Source of the DNA: Methanobacteriota archaeon
Lineage (GTDB): Archaea; Methanobacteriota_B; Thermococci; Methanofastidiosales; Methanofastidiosaceae
Reading direction: 5' to 3'
Assembly: GCA_023622545.1 (NCBI GenBank)
Contig: JAMNZA010000122.1
Location: forward strand, 1-60,544
Length of the DNA stretch: 60,544 nucleotides
Both the position numbers and the translations under genes were made by a program. This document shows, piece after piece, positions 9,914 to 19,046 of this stretch; position 1 is the first letter of the stretch; every line of letters begins with the position of its first letter. The notes beneath the pieces were generated by a model. The model was not told the DNA's origin. It searched no databases and was given only the letters and a program-made list of their open reading frames with translations.

Positions 9914-12900
9914 TTAAAAGGAATCTTTTTTCTTACCTTTAATCACTTCTTTTGGGTCGGGGATTGATGCAGAATTTACGGAAAAGTAACGGTGATTACC
10001 CTCTATTTTTTTTCCTTTAATTACTTCTTTATAATCTGGCAATGGCGTATATTTGTCCTCATAGGAATCCGATGGTTTTTTCTCTAACAGTTCCTTGATA
10101 GAAGGTGGAATATCGGAAGATGTGTTTTTATATCTAAAGTTTTTAGTCCAGGAAGTATTAGTTTTACTTGATCGATTGTTCTCATCGTCAAATGGATTCT
10201 CCGGTGCACCGTTGTTCTTTTTTAGTTTGTATTCTTTATAGGCCTTTTCAACTGAAGGTGGTAATTCTAAATCAACATTCTTTGGTATTACTCTTCCTTT
10301 AACTTCTTTCAAAGGTTCTTCATATTCTACATGTTTTTTGGTCTCTAATTCATCAATATCCTTTATTATTTTATTTTGTAATTCATCAAGTTCTTTTCTA
10401 TCCATAATTTTGATATCAGAAATCTTTTCTGGAATTTCATTTTTTTCTTCATTAATCATTAAATTTTGCCTATTCTCAATTTCTTCCAAAGTCTTTGATA
10501 TTTCAGACCTTAAGGATTCTATTTCCTTTTGGTCAAGAGACTCTAGTTTACTTTCGTCCTGAAGATTTGACTTTAGTTCTTCCAAGTCTTTTCTCATTTC
10601 TTCTGGGGATTTGAACTCTACTCTTGGAGGCCTTATAATTGGTTCTTGCTTAATTTCTAATTTAGGAGAAATAATAGTCATATCATCTTTTTCAGTGAAA
10701 TTGAATTTATCTTTGAACGCAGAAATATCCTCATCTAAGACTTTGACAGATTCCAATTCTTTCTTAATATGTTTGTTTCTCATCTCTATCTCTTCTTGAG
10801 ATTCTTTTGGTTGGTATAGATGTGATAAAGAGAATGGTTTCTTTTCCTGAGGTATACCATCTTTTTTCTTTGAAAATAGCTGTAATTTACTATTATTTTT
10901 GATTTTAATTACAGGAGGTGCAACTCTTTTACCAAGTAAAGCTTGATCTATTTGTTCTTCAGTTAAAATATTAGTATCATCACGAGCTACAAAATCTTTA
11001 AATTTATTTTCTATTTCTAAAGTTGGAGTAATCGGTGTTGATTCTTTCTCTTTAGAAGGTGTTTTCTCTTTACTAGAAAAGAATCCAAGTACATTCTTTT
11101 CCTTTGTAGGGTTATTGACACTGAATTTATTTTCATTTTCAGTTGGATTAGAAGAAATAGTTTTTTTTGCTATTTTATTTTCTTTTTTAGATAAGCCTTG
11201 TTCAATTGAGTAGGGGTTTACTTTCTTTAGAGAAGATTTCTTCTTTGAAGAAGATTTCCTTGGTTTAAAAGATTTGTATATTGAATACCCTACTACAGAT
11301 AAAAGTAGAACTATTATAGCTATTAATGCGTAAGGAGTGTAGGGTGAAGATTTAATTTCTTCTATGGTTTGATTCAATGTTTCGGAAACATTAGGCAAAG
11401 ATGTTTGAGGTGTTTCTTTTGCTTTAATACTTAAAGCAATTCTATCAATGTCAAATGATTTTGACTCTTGGAATATATTTGTCCAATAAAATTTAGAATC
11501 TTCGAGTATAAATGCTCCGGATTTATTAGCTTTAACTTCAATTATCTTTGATACTTCACTATTACCTTTTATTTCACCAATCAATATTTCCTTTTCGCCT
11601 GAAATTATTTCAAATCCAGGGGGAAGAACTTCTAATAATTTTACATCATAAATACTATCTTTTCCCCAGTTCTTAATATTATAAGTAATTCTCAAGGCCC
11701 CGCCTTCTTCTATTTCATTAGCAGAAATATTTCTCGATAGCGATGGGCCCCATACTGTCACTAATGTTGGGGACAATGTTTTTGTTCCTTTAACTCCCCA
11801 TTCATCTTCATATGTAGCTAAGGTTTGACCAACTTGGTATTCACCCCCCTGAGAAGGAACAAGAGTATATCTAAGAGTAACTCTTTCATCAGGTTTTAAT
11901 TGGCCACCCCAATAATTTATACCAGTTGTAACTTGCATATTCGATGGTATTTTATCTTCTATACGAACGTTTTTAGCATCGCCGTCTCCAGTGTTAGCAA
12001 TAATTGTTACAACTGGGATGATATGCCCGATTCTTATTATATCTGATTCGTAATCCGAATCTTGCCTAGTAAGACCAATGGTTGGGGATCTTCCACCAAC
12101 AGTGATATTTGTTGATGTTTCTGACTTTGCTTTTTTCCCTGCTATATCCTCAAACTCGGATAAAGTTTTAATAGTAAATATCTTGTCTTGATTTTCTTGA
12201 AGAACTCGGATAGTAAATTTAGTTGTTCTTGTATCGCCTTGTTTTAAGGTATCTATGAATCCTCCTAATTCTCCATCCACAAGATCTGCGTTTCCAGAAA
12301 TTGTATTAATATAAGTTATCTTCTTTGCAAGACCGTCCCCAGAATTAGTAACGGTGAGGACAATGTCCACATATTTATGATCTCCGAAATCATAATCCTC
12401 ATTGAAGTATTGAACGTTTGAAGTAGTTATTTTTGGTTCTCCATTAACCCTAACTGAAGTACCAGAGGCTATATGCTCAAAACTGTTTCCCTCGAGATCA
12501 TAATACAATAATTTAGTATCCCCAATTTCATATTCGCCAGGGTATGATGCAGTTATAATATAGTTAAACATCCTCTCCTGTTCGGGTTTAAGTTCTTCTA
12601 TAACATATTCAATTCTCTTTAATTTCGGATCATCAATTATTCTAAATCCTTCTGGAACAAAATCAAGTACTTTAATATTTCTTGCAATTTTATTACCAGT
12701 ATTTCTGACAACGAGTGCTACAATTACGGAATCTCCCCTAGAGATAGTAACTCTATCTAATTTTTTAAGAATCTCAAGTCTTGGGAACTCCTTATAAACT
12801 GTAACAGGTTCAATTTCTGAAGTAGTCTTGTATTTCTTTCCAACTTCATCTTCAAAAATCAACTGTGTTTTAAACTCAAATTTTCCCATTTCTAAGGCTT

Positions 12901-14827
12901 TTATTTTATAGATTAATGTAGAGGACTCATTTTTTCCAATTTTATCAATGTTTAAAGTAGCAGTTCCACTGACTAGTTCAAAACCATCAGGGATATAATC
13001 AATAACTTTTATATCTGTGGCAGCAATGTCGCCTATATTCTTTATTCTGACTTCGACTTCTGTTGTTTCTCCAACGAATAGATTTTGTTTAACTATGTTT
13101 CTTGTTATATGAAATTCAGGCTGTTTTGGTAATATAGTTAATAAAGTTTTATCACTTGTAGAATAATCTTGAACTACCTCTTCGTTTTTTTCATTAAAGT
13201 ATCCCATCTGGTAAGATATATCCATCTGAACAGGAGTAACTTTCAAGTAGTCCGTCTGAGGAGATTTGAACTTTAGAACAATAAGTCTTTTTTCACCTGG
13301 TTCCATATATTTTATTTCAAAACAAGTTTCATTGATAGATCCACAATAACATTTATTGCCAGTTAAGAAGGTTAAATCTTTAGCAGTGATATGTATCTTA
13401 ACGTTTCTAGCGGGGATATCACCAGTATTTTGGATTTCAGTTACATACCAAAAAGTAGTATCTGATTGAGGCTTTTCGATCTCATTGTCTGCATCAAAAT
13501 CAAAATCTTCTGGTCTCATTATTGGATGAATTATTGGTGTCCATATTATAGTTTGTCCACTGATTCTATATAAAAGAAGTTGTCGTATGTTGGTGCAAGT
13601 ATTGTCTTTTCCTATTGTTACAATATCTCCTTCATATAACTGCCCCAATTGAACAAATGTTCCATTTACTTCTCTAAAATTATAAACATATTCAATATTT
13701 CCACTTTGAAGTGAAACATTAAAATCATAAGTCTTACCATCAAACTCAACTGAGCCTGAGCTAGCATTTATATCAATATCTCCAAGTAAAACTGTCCTAA
13801 TACCTTCTCTACTGCCCCTAAGAAAAGTTCTGTTTGTATCATCTATTTCTCCCCTATACAAAGTTGTTTCGTTTATTGAAATTTCTGGCTCTTTTCTCTG
13901 AGTTACAGTAATATTGAGTTTATATCTCCCAAAATAATTAGTATTTTCATGATCATTAATTTCATTTGTCTTTATTTTAATAAGTTCATCTACATACAAA
14001 GTGTCCCCAGGGACTACAACTTGTTGAATGACCAAAGTTCCCTTTCTATATACCTCTAATATTGCTCTCTCAGGCGGCATTACTGGGTGTCTTCTTTGTA
14101 AATCTTTCAATAATATAGTATAATCTCCAACTACAGTTAGATCTCCTATCTCTACCCATCCTTGGAAAATAGCGTCTGGATCATAGTAAGGCCCGGGTAA
14201 GAGTACAAAATCTTGAGTAATAGAACCTGATGGGTGAGGTACATTTAATCTTATCATTTTTGGGAGCCATCCGACTCCTGAGGCTTCAATATCATAAAAA
14301 CCGCCTACGTTAGAAATGGTATAATTTCCATCCTCAGAAGTTGTTGAACTGGCCAATACATTTTGCGTTCCGGGGTAGTATGCATTAACAGTTGCGCCTT
14401 CAATTGGAGTAATTCCATCTGGTTCATAAACATGCCCTACAACTGTACCATTTGTATCTTGAAGAGTAAAGTTAAAATCTGGTTCACATAATGACATACA
14501 AGTATTTGCTTCTATGGAAAGAGGGTATTCTGATTTGTAACCTGGTGCATATGCCCTAAGCCTATATTTCACCTCTTCTAATGGATATATTATATAAGTT
14601 CCATTCACATCAGTTGTGGCCGTACCTTTAATAGTGGGGCATGCGTTATTATCAGTCGTTTTATAAGCGTCAACTGTGGCTCCAGCTATACTTATAGGTG
14701 TATAATTTGCTTCAGTTACTCTCCCAGATATGGCACTCTGAGCTAGAATAGGGTTAGCAACAACGCTTGTAATAAATATCGATACTAAAATTATATTTAG
14801 CATATATAAATAACTGGATTTATTCAT
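9914..14827 (-). CDS. Giant type I membrane surface protein: signal peptide, 2 carboxypeptidase-regulatory-like domains, unknown region, 6 DUF11/CARDB-like repeats, TM helix, 450-aa Lys/Glu-rich cytoplasmic tail
   Basis: 1637 aa. Signal peptide MNKSSYLYMLNIILVSIFITSVVANPILAQS. Two G.V...G.PI.GATV.AY...DG.Y modules. Six repeats of the type V.N.G...A..V.V.D.IP.GF..V.G (for example NIGDIAATDIKVIDYIPDGFELVSG). Single TM YALIAIIVLLLSVVGYSIY (about nt 11267-11332). AGGTGG RBS. Confidence 0.8.
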   Translation of the reverse strand: MNKSSYLYMLNIILVSIFITSVVANPILAQSAISGRVTEANYTPISIAGATVDAYKTTDNNACPTIKGTATTDVNGTYIIYPLEEVKYRLRAYAPGYKSEYPLSIEANTCMSLCEPDFNFTLQDTNGTVVGHVYEPDGITPIEGATVNAYYPGTQNVLASSTTSEDGNYTISNVGGFYDIEASGVGWLPKMIRLNVPHPSGSITQDFVLLPGPYYDPDAIFQGWVEIGDLTVVGDYTILLKDLQRRHPVMPPERAILEVYRKGTLVIQQVVVPGDTLYVDELIKIKTNEINDHENTNYFGRYKLNITVTQRKEPEISINETTLYRGEIDDTNRTFLRGSREGIRTVLLGDIDINASSGSVEFDGKTYDFNVSLQSGNIEYVYNFREVNGTFVQLGQLYEGDIVTIGKDNTCTNIRQLLLYRISGQTIIWTPIIHPIMRPEDFDFDADNEIEKPQSDTTFWYVTEIQNTGDIPARNVKIHITAKDLTFLTGNKCYCGSINETCFEIKYMEPGEKRLIVLKFKSPQTDYLKVTPVQMDISYQMGYFNEKNEEVVQDYSTSDKTLLTILPKQPEFHITRNIVKQNLFVGETTEVEVRIKNIGDIAATDIKVIDYIPDGFELVSGTATLNIDKIGKNESSTLIYKIKALEMGKFEFKTQLIFEDEVGKKYKTTSEIEPVTVYKEFPRLEILKKLDRVTISRGDSVIVALVVRNTGNKIARNIKVLDFVPEGFRIIDDPKLKRIEYVIEELKPEQERMFNYIITASYPGEYEIGDTKLLYYDLEGNSFEHIASGTSVRVNGEPKITTSNVQYFNEDYDFGDHKYVDIVLTVTNSGDGLAKKITYINTISGNADLVDGELGGFIDTLKQGDTRTTKFTIRVLQENQDKIFTIKTLSEFEDIAGKKAKSETSTNITVGGRSPTIGLTRQDSDYESDIIRIGHIIPVVTIIANTGDGDAKNVRIEDKIPSNMQVTTGINYWGGQLKPDERVTLRYTLVPSQGGEYQVGQTLATYEDEWGVKGTKTLSPTLVTVWGPSLSRNISANEIEEGGALRITYNIKNWGKDSIYDVKLLEVLPPGFEIISGEKEILIGEIKGNSEVSKIIEVKANKSGAFILEDSKFYWTNIFQESKSFDIDRIALSIKAKETPQTSLPNVSETLNQTIEEIKSSPYTPYALIAIIVLLLSVVGYSIYKSFKPRKSSSKKKSSLKKVNPYSIEQGLSKKENKIAKKTISSNPTENENKFSVNNPTKEKNVLGFFSSKEKTPSKEKESTPITPTLEIENKFKDFVARDDTNILTEEQIDQALLGKRVAPPVIKIKNNSKLQLFSKKKDGIPQEKKPFSLSHLYQPKESQEEIEMRNKHIKKELESVKVLDEDISAFKDKFNFTEKDDMTIISPKLEIKQEPIIRPPRVEFKSPEEMRKDLEELKSNLQDESKLESLDQKEIESLRSEISKTLEEIENRQNLMINEEKNEIPEKISDIKIMDRKELDELQNKIIKDIDELETKKHVEYEEPLKEVKGRVIPKNVDLELPPSVEKAYKEYKLKKNNGAPENPFDDENNRSSKTNTSWTKNFRYKNTSSDIPPSIKELLEKKPSDSYEDKYTPLPDYKEVIKGKKIEGNHRYFSVNSASIPDPKEVIKGKKKDSF

Positions 14828-14988
14828 TGTGCCACCTAATTATGGATATCCGATATCAATTATGATTTAATAACTATATAAAGCTTTTGGTAATATTGAT
14901 TAACAATAAATATTATTAATATTTACTATTAAAGAATAAAATTATTAATATTAGAATAGAAATATAATATTAATGGTAATAATTATTA

Positions 14989-15192
14989 TTACCTAGAAAG
15001 TTTTTTAATTCTTGCAAGACGAGCTCTAAGTATCTCAAGCTCTTCTCGGGATAATCTGCCACCACGTAATCTATCTAGCTCTTCCTTTTGCATGTAAATC
15101 TTTACTGCTAAGATTACATTGATAATTATACTGATTATGGCTATAATAAAAATTATTATCCAACTATTGATCATTACATCTAATAATGCCAT
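14989..15192 (-). CDS. 67-aa membrane protein with C-terminal SHOCT-like/coiled-coil helix, coupled to minD
   Basis: ATG at 15192 lies 4 nt after the minD stop; the track start at 15207 is TTG. One TM (WIIIFIIAIISIIINVILAV), then EELDRLRGGRLSREELEILRARLARIKK. Confidence 0.55.
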   Translation of the reverse strand: MALLDVMINSWIIIFIIAIISIIINVILAVKIYMQKEELDRLRGGRLSREELEILRARLARIKKLSR

Positions 15193-15196
15193 AATA

Positions 15197-15967
15197 TCAT
15201 CTCCCAAAGAATCCTCCCATCAATTTATTAATGGATTTGCTAGAATGTTCAAAATTACCTTTTTTCCCTGCAATTTTTAATGCAATATCTTTAATCGCTA
15301 ATGAAGCCGGAGCTTTTGGGTCTAATAAAACAAATGGTTTCCCCAATGTAGTTGATTTTTTAACAATTGGATCCTCTGGGATGTTGCCTATTATTCTAAG
15401 TTCAAGAATAGCTTCAATCTCAGGACCCGAAACTTCAGTAGGGTCGCCTCTAACTCTGTTAACAATAACCCCAAGTATCCTTGTACCTAATTTTTCTGCT
15501 ACGAGTTTTATTTTCAGCGCATCAGATAATGATGTAATTTCTGGATTTACAACTAAAAGCATATTTTGGGAAGCCGCAATAGATGTAACAGAATCAACTT
15601 CAAGTCCTGGCGGTCCATCAATAATTAGAAGATCAACTTTATCAACAAATAATTTGAATATCTGATTGATTTTGTCAGGATCAGATTTCTTGATTCTTCT
15701 TAGGGACAAACCTGCAGGAACAACTTTTACTCCACCGGGACCATCATATATGATGTCTTCAGGCTTTGCCTTATCCTCTAATACGTCTTGAATTGTCTTT
15801 GGTAAACCTTCCATACCAAATATTAGTTCAAGATTAGCCATAGTAATATCTGCGTCAAAAATTAGAACGTTGAGTCCAACTCCAGAAAGAGCTATGCCTA
15901 AATTAGCTGCAATTGTGGTCTTGCCTACGCCACCTTTTCCCGAGGATATGACTAGCGACTCACCCAA
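15197..15967 (-). CDS. minD: MinD/ParA-family P-loop ATPase
   Basis: 256 aa. Deviant Walker A SGKGGVGKTT, and IIDGPPG. The C-terminal NKLMGGFFGR looks like an amphipathic membrane-targeting helix. Confidence 0.85.
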   Translation of the reverse strand: MGESLVISSGKGGVGKTTIAANLGIALSGVGLNVLIFDADITMANLELIFGMEGLPKTIQDVLEDKAKPEDIIYDGPGGVKVVPAGLSLRRIKKSDPDKINQIFKLFVDKVDLLIIDGPPGLEVDSVTSIAASQNMLLVVNPEITSLSDALKIKLVAEKLGTRILGVIVNRVRGDPTEVSGPEIEAILELRIIGNIPEDPIVKKSTTLGKPFVLLDPKAPASLAIKDIALKIAGKKGNFEHSSKSINKLMGGFFGR

Positions 15968-16089
15968 TAAAATTCCTCCATTATTTATAAAATAAAATAA
16001 AAATTAATATATAAGATTATCTCTAAAAGTTACGAAATCTCCAAATAAATAAGGAAAAACTTAAAACGAATTTCATTATTGATTGTTCA

Positions 16090-16587
16090 ATGATAAAAAA
16101 CATCATAATTGATAAATATGGATTAAATAATTACAATAAAATCATATTTTTTATCAAGGGAGCTATCATATCTATATTTCTTTATGTCATAAGTGATTAT
16201 ACCCCAATAAGGATACTAACAGCCGAATTAGTTAAAGATGGAATATCTTATTTAGGCATACAAAAAGAACTTATCATATCCGGAAAATTTATTGCTGTGG
16301 GGAATTACGAAATATCAAAAAGATGTATAGGATTGGCTTCTGGAGCAATATTCACAGGACTATTTCTATTATCTTCACTAACTTTGGTGAAAAAAATGTT
16401 ATACCTAATTGCATTCCTTATAACACTTCTATTTTTGAATATATTAAGATTAATAGTTACGGTATACTTATTTGAGCAAGGTTATAGTTGGCTTATAGCC
16501 CACGATATATTGGCATATGCTCTTGGAATCGGATTTTCTTTCCTTATTTTGATAAAAATTAATCCATACATCCCATTATTTAAGTAA
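16090..16587 (+). CDS. Mini exosortase/archaeosortase-family protein (165 aa)
   Basis: Polytopic membrane protein with SKRCIGLASG (Cys79), NILRLIV (Arg120) and AHDILAY (His138). The Cys-to-Arg spacing of 41 residues equals what I recall for ArtA Cys173/Arg214. Lacks the N-terminal half of full-length archaeosortases. Confidence 0.55.
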   Translation: MIKNIIIDKYGLNNYNKIIFFIKGAIISIFLYVISDYTPIRILTAELVKDGISYLGIQKELIISGKFIAVGNYEISKRCIGLASGAIFTGLFLLSSLTLVKKMLYLIAFLITLLFLNILRLIVTVYLFEQGYSWLIAHDILAYALGIGFSFLILIKINPYIPLFK

Positions 16588-17607
16588 TACTTTATTATAG
16601 ATTTTGATATTTTCTAATGCACATTTTTCCCAAGAGAATAATTTAGATTTTTCTAATATTTTCTTGGAGATGTCATTTGTAAAAGATTGATCTTTGAAAA
16701 TTTTTTCTATCAAACTTATTGCTTCATTTTCATTTTCTACCACAAGCCCCAGATCCCCCAATAGAAAATAAGATCCAGGACTCATTAATGAAACAACTGG
16801 TGTTGCACATGACATTGAATCTAAAATTGAGAGCCCAAATCCTTCTGTCCTTGAAGTTGAGATAAAAATCTTAAATTTCTTAAGATAATTTTCAGTGTCC
16901 ATAATTTCTCCCAAATAACATATATCAAGCCCAGAGGACATTTCTTCAAGTTCCTTTTTTAGGTATCCTTGTCCTAAGACATAAGCAGGTTCCATTATCC
17001 CTAGTTTTCTAAGGCCCGTAATTATCTTAATGAAGGCTTTCGGATTTTTTTCATTGACTAGTGCACCAATAAATCCTATCCCTTGTCTTTCTATATCTTC
17101 TGGAAAAAATCTTAGTGAGTCAACACCATTTGATATAGAAACTATGACATTATTCGACTTATTCTCCAATTTATTAGCTAGATTTGGAGATACTGCAATT
17201 ATTAATGGATGATTAGATATGACAAAGTTGACTATTTTCCCAATATATTTTCTTCTTAGAAAAACATTCACATCACTTCCATGAACTGTTAAAATTCTTT
17301 TTTTTCGAGTAATAAGAGATAATATCAATCCAAGTAATCCAGGAGTAGTAGCAAAATGGGAATGGATTATGTCAATTTTATTTCGTCTGATGATATAAAT
17401 TCCTTTGAATAATCCAAATAAAATAAAAAAAAATCCTCTAAACCTATTGGGTAATTTGTTGTAGTATACTCCGTCTTCTAAAGATTTAGAATACGTTAGG
17501 ACAAAAACATTTTGATTAAGCTTGATTAATTCTTTTTTTAGATAATAGATGTGAGTTGAAATACCCCCTATCTTTGGCGGATATTCTCCTATCATCAGGA
17601 TATTCAT
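16576..17607 (-). CDS. GT4-family (GT-B) glycosyltransferase
   Basis: 343 aa from the ATG at 17607 (MNILMIGEYPPKIGGISTHIYY). Has the E..G.. motif region STSRTEGFGLSILDSMSCATPVV. The track start at 17709 is a spurious extension running into the RNase P RNA. Confidence 0.85.
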   Translation of the reverse strand: MNILMIGEYPPKIGGISTHIYYLKKELIKLNQNVFVLTYSKSLEDGVYYNKLPNRFRGFFFILFGLFKGIYIIRRNKIDIIHSHFATTPGLLGLILSLITRKKRILTVHGSDVNVFLRRKYIGKIVNFVISNHPLIIAVSPNLANKLENKSNNVIVSISNGVDSLRFFPEDIERQGIGFIGALVNEKNPKAFIKIITGLRKLGIMEPAYVLGQGYLKKELEEMSSGLDICYLGEIMDTENYLKKFKIFISTSRTEGFGLSILDSMSCATPVVSLMSPGSYFLLGDLGLVVENENEAISLIEKIFKDQSFTNDISKKILEKSKLFSWEKCALENIKIYNKVLLK

Positions 17608-17646
17608 AATAAAATTTATAATAACAACGTTATTAAATTTAATTGT

Positions 17647-17951
17647 GTGGGCGGAATATTGGCTTCCCTTCGGGGAGGAAGCTCCATCCACCTGACCAGA
17701 ATGTGGCATCTAAAGATGCTTGGTTAAATCCAAGGTAAAGGAACAGAAAGTAACGGCCTTTGTCTGATGAAGATGATGTAGAAAGAATTTGGTAACAGAT
17801 TCTAATGCTACTGAGAAGACTTAGGACACGGTGGAATATCTTCCCACATGGTGCAAGACCAAACTAAAACCAATGAAATCTGGTCCGAGGTTTGTGGTAG
17901 GTCGCTTAGTTCAATGCCAATATTACAAAAGATGGGCTATAATCCGCCCAC
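17647..17951 (+). ncRNA. rnpB: RNase P RNA
   Basis: A 305-nt G+C-rich island in AT-rich DNA. The 5' GTGGGCGGA pairs with the 3' TCCGCCCAC (P1). GAGGAAGCTCCATCCACC resembles CR-I GAGGAAAGUCC. GGTAAAGGAACAGAAAGTAACGGCC and ACAAAAGATGGGCTATAA resemble the CR-IV/CR-V ACAGAA..GGCUUA. No coding signal. Confidence 0.75.
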
Positions 17952-18686
17952 TTAATTTTTTATAGCTTTTATTATATCAAAAAGCCTTTCTTTATCTTTT
18001 TCAATAATTGTCCCAGTGACAAATATATCTGCCCCAGCTATGACCAATTTCTTAGCGGCTTCAGGAGATCTTATTCCTCCACCTACAATTAATGGGATAT
18101 CAATAACTTTTTTTACTAATCCTACCATCTCGGGAGCAATAGTCTCAGAAGCTCCAGACCCCGCTTCAAGATAAACAAATCTCATTCCCAAGTATTGTGC
18201 TGCTAGAGAATACGCCGCTGCTATCTGTGGTTTTCTTCTTGGAATTAGATCTGCTTCTCCAACCCATCCTACAGTTTCTCCAGGCTCAACAACTAAATAT
18301 CCAGTGGGGATAGGCTCAATTCCAGTTTTTTTTACTAGGATACTTCCTAAAGCTTGAGATTTAGTTATAAAATAAGGATTTCTTGAATTCATATAAGACA
18401 TGAAAAGAATTGCATCGGCTTTAGCTGAAACTTGAGCTACCCCTCCCGGAAAAATGATTACAGGAAGTTTTGTACTCTGTTTAATGGATACAATCAAATT
18501 GTCTAAATAACTACCTAAAGTATTTGTTGACCCCCCAATCAGAATAGCATCACTACCGGCCTCTTCAGAAATTGAAGCTGCACTTTTTGCTTCTTCGATG
18601 GAGAAGCTATCAGGATCTATAAGTGAAAAATGAAGTTTTTCCCTTTGTAACCTATCTAAAAGATATTTTTCAATTTTGCCGGCCAT
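17952..18686 (-). CDS. Geranylgeranylglyceryl phosphate synthase (PcrB/GGGPS family)
   Basis: 244 aa TIM-barrel pattern. Motifs: HFSLIDPD, IIFPG, YLEAGSGA, VGGGIRSPE. Confidence 0.85.
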   Translation of the reverse strand: MAGKIEKYLLDRLQREKLHFSLIDPDSFSIEEAKSAASISEEAGSDAILIGGSTNTLGSYLDNLIVSIKQSTKLPVIIFPGGVAQVSAKADAILFMSYMNSRNPYFITKSQALGSILVKKTGIEPIPTGYLVVEPGETVGWVGEADLIPRRKPQIAAAYSLAAQYLGMRFVYLEAGSGASETIAPEMVGLVKKVIDIPLIVGGGIRSPEAAKKLVIAGADIFVTGTIIEKDKERLFDIIKAIKN

Positions 18687-18696
18687 TCAAGCACCA

Positions 18697-18927
18697 TTAC
18701 ATTCCAAGTTTTACTGATTCTTCCTTTTTAGCCCTAACAATTACTATATCTCCGATTGCTGAAACATCTTTAAAAGATACTGCAGTGTTTTCTATCCCCT
18801 TCTCTTGACCAACTGCAAGTCCAAAAACAATTCCGTCTTTTACTTCAAGAATAATATCGTTGACAATACCTATGTATTCGCCCTTGGTATTATACAACTC
18901 AAGCCCATATAATTTAGAAATCCTCAT
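18697..18927 (-). CDS. PRC-barrel domain protein
   Basis: 76 aa. L.G..V....G..IG.V.D pattern (LYGLELYNTKGEYIGIVNDIIL). Confidence 0.55.
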   Translation of the reverse strand: MRISKLYGLELYNTKGEYIGIVNDIILEVKDGIVFGLAVGQEKGIENTAVSFKDVSAIGDIVIVRAKKEESVKLGM

Positions 18928-19046
18928 GAATATCCCTTTTATGACTTTTTCTACAAGAGTTTATATATTTTTCTAGGTATTTAACACTATTCGTTAGTAT
19001 TAAAGTCAAAATAATAAGAATATAAAAGAAAAAAATAGAATAGATA

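Noticed and set aside
9914-14827. Giant surface protein as the direct substrate of the adjacent archaeosortase-like enzyme
   Set aside because: Known archaeosortase signals are at the extreme C-terminus (motif, TM, short basic tail). Here the TM is followed by 450 residues, and no PGF/PEF/VPXXXP motif precedes it. Retained only as a speculative alternative in the findings.
15231-15665. 144-aa + strand ORF
   Set aside because: It is antisense to minD, low in complexity, and has no start context.
17608-17709. N-terminal 34-codon extension of the glycosyltransferase ORF
   Set aside because: It overlaps the RNase P RNA. The conserved GT4 N-terminus (MNILMIGEYPPKIGG) begins at the internal ATG at 17607.
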